Positions 62,422 through 64,000 of a DNA stretch of 64,000 nucleotides are shown here, piece after piece. The DNA is taken from positions 6,373 to 70,372 of the forward strand of contig QCQJ01000004.1 of NCBI GenBank assembly GCA_003209585.1, given 5' to 3'. The notes beneath the pieces are model-generated. The model was not told where the DNA came from. It ran no database searches and saw only the letters and a list, made by a program, of their open reading frames with translations. Source of the stretch: Prochlorococcus sp. AG-449-G23. GTDB lineage: Bacteria > Cyanobacteriota > Cyanobacteriia > PCC-6307 > Cyanobiaceae. The number at the start of each line of letters is the position of its first letter. Position 1 is the first letter of the stretch. Position numbers and translations under genes: made by a program.

Positions 62422-63276
62422 TTATTTTCTATAAATCCTATCCGAAACTTTTAAAATTTGATAATTCATTTCAACATTGTGTACTCTCACAATGTCAATA
62501 TTAAATTGAGAACATACACAACTTATTGCTAAAGTGCCAATATCTCTATCTTTAGGATTGATTTCATTTAAAATTTCCCCTATAAATCTTTTCCTAGATG
62601 CTCCAATTAGAATTGGTAAATTTAAGTCTTTAAATACATCCAAGTTTCTTAAAATTTCTAGATTTTGATTAATATCTTTTGAGAAACCAATCCCAGGATC
62701 TACAATTATATTTCCTTTTGATACATTCTTCTCTAAAGCACTATTGATCAAAGTCCTAAGAGAGCACTTAACTTCAGTCAATACATTATCGTAGTTAGAG
62801 AGTTCATTCATATTTTTACTATTCCCACGACTATGAGTTATGACAAATGGGCAGTTAAATTTTGAAACAACATCCAAAATATCCTTATCTCTTCTTCCTC
62901 CCGTAACATCATTAATCCAATTTGCACCATTTATAAGAGCTTCGTGAGCTACATCAGAATTAAAGGTATCAATAGAAATTAAAACATCTGGATATTCAGA
63001 TTTTATTAATTTCAGATATGGGATCAATCTTTTTATTTCTATATTAGATCCAACCTCTTCAGCATCAGGCCTTGTGCTCTGAGCTCCAAGATCAACAATA
63101 TCAACCCCATTAAGTAAAAAATGATTAACTTGATCTAAAACTTTCTTTGGGGAATTTAAATCTCCTCCATCACTAAATGAATCAGGAGTTAAATTAATAA
63201 CCCCCATGATTGAGGTTTTTTGTCCCCAATCTTTTGGCCATGGGTTTTTATAGTTGGTAATTTGCAATTCTTGCAA
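62422..63276 (-). CDS. folP: Dihydropteroate synthase
   Basis: [42 protein letters not shown]. Confidence 0.96.
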   Translation of the reverse strand: MQELQITNYKNPWPKDWGQKTSIMGVINLTPDSFSDGGDLNSPKKVLDQVNHFLLNGVDIVDLGAQSTRPDAEEVGSNIEIKRLIPYLKLIKSEYPDVLISIDTFNSDVAHEALINGANWINDVTGGRRDKDILDVVSKFNCPFVITHSRGNSKNMNELSNYDNVLTEVKCSLRTLINSALEKNVSKGNIIVDPGIGFSKDINQNLEILRNLDVFKDLNLPILIGASRKRFIGEILNEINPKDRDIGTLAISCVCSQFNIDIVRVHNVEMNYQILKVSDRIYRK

Positions 63277-63976
63277 AACTATTAGGATCTAATGAAGCCC
63301 CTCCAACCAAGACTCCATCTATATCACTCATTGACATAATTTCATCAATATTATTAGGTTTTACAGATCCTCCATATTGAATAATGACATCATCGTAACC
63401 TATTAATTTTCGAATCAAGGAACATATCTTATTAGCGTCTTTAGCCTCACATGTTTTACCTGTCCCAATAGCCCAGATTGGTTCATAGGCAACAATTAAA
63501 TTTGACGGATCTGTATTTTCAAGCCCTTGTTCAACCTGTCTAGTAATAACCCTATCAGCTTCTCCTCTTTCTCTTTGTTCTAATGTTTCTCCAACACAAA
63601 CTATTGGAGTGAGACCACTAGATTGAGCAAAAACTGCCCTTTTATTTATTTGTTCATCACTTTCACTAAAGTATTTCCTTGGTTCACTATGACCAACTAT
63701 TGCATATGAAACTCCATGTTCAAGAAGCATTTTTGGAGATATTTCTGCCGTAAATGCCCCTTCATCTTCCCAATGAATATTTTGACTAGAAATATCTAAA
63801 TAATCGAAGTCAGAATGATTCGAAAAGGTTGAAATAGCAGTGAAAGGTGGCGCAATAACAATTTTACGATCATCCCTTATGTTTTTTATTAATGGTATAA
63901 ACTCTTCTAGATAAGACTTAGCTTCAGCACAGGTCATGTGCATTTTCCAATTACCAGCAATAACAGATTTTCTCAA
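63248..63976 (-). CDS. tpiA: Triosephosphate isomerase
   Basis: [33 protein letters not shown]. Confidence 0.97.
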   Translation of the reverse strand: MRKSVIAGNWKMHMTCAEAKSYLEEFIPLIKNIRDDRKIVIAPPFTAISTFSNHSDFDYLDISSQNIHWEDEGAFTAEISPKMLLEHGVSYAIVGHSEPRKYFSESDEQINKRAVFAQSSGLTPIVCVGETLEQRERGEADRVITRQVEQGLENTDPSNLIVAYEPIWAIGTGKTCEAKDANKICSLIRKLIGYDDVIIQYGGSVKPNNIDEIMSMSDIDGVLVGGASLDPNSFARIANYQL

Positions 63977-64000
63977 AATACTATCTCCAAGAAAATCATA

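Overview
AT-rich, densely coded cyanobacterial chromosome segment. Gene content, gene order and compactness point to a high-light Prochlorococcus marinus (inference). Most of the window is core genome: leuS (partial), dapF, a cysteine desulfurase, dacB, coaD, uvrC, hemJ, cobN, ilvE, metH, pheT, rpmG, rpsR, metG, lptC, cobU, trmL, tRNA-Met, clpS, a 2-Cys peroxiredoxin, an FtsH paralogue, rpmF, psb30, acsF, tldD/pmbA, fmt, mfd, dapB, chlH, folP and tpiA. Two accessory pockets stand out. (1) 21176-21953 lies between the converging stop codons of an RHH/J-domain fusion gene and pheT. It holds three copies of a ~60-bp element built on the palindrome TCTTATATAAGA; two copies form terminal inverted repeats around a small secreted-protein gene. 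(2) About 30950-35100, downstream of tRNA-Met/clpS, is a mini-island of 50-60 aa ORFs, a pseudogene, a GC-rich hairpin and an RHH regulator flanked by AGTGTnACACT palindromes. Other oddities are an FtsH without the HEXXH protease motif, two RNB-family proteins with complementary losses, and a DUF3038 gene lacking a canonical start codon. I saw no integrase, transposase, CRISPR array or rRNA. All family calls come from motif recognition by eye; no database search was run.
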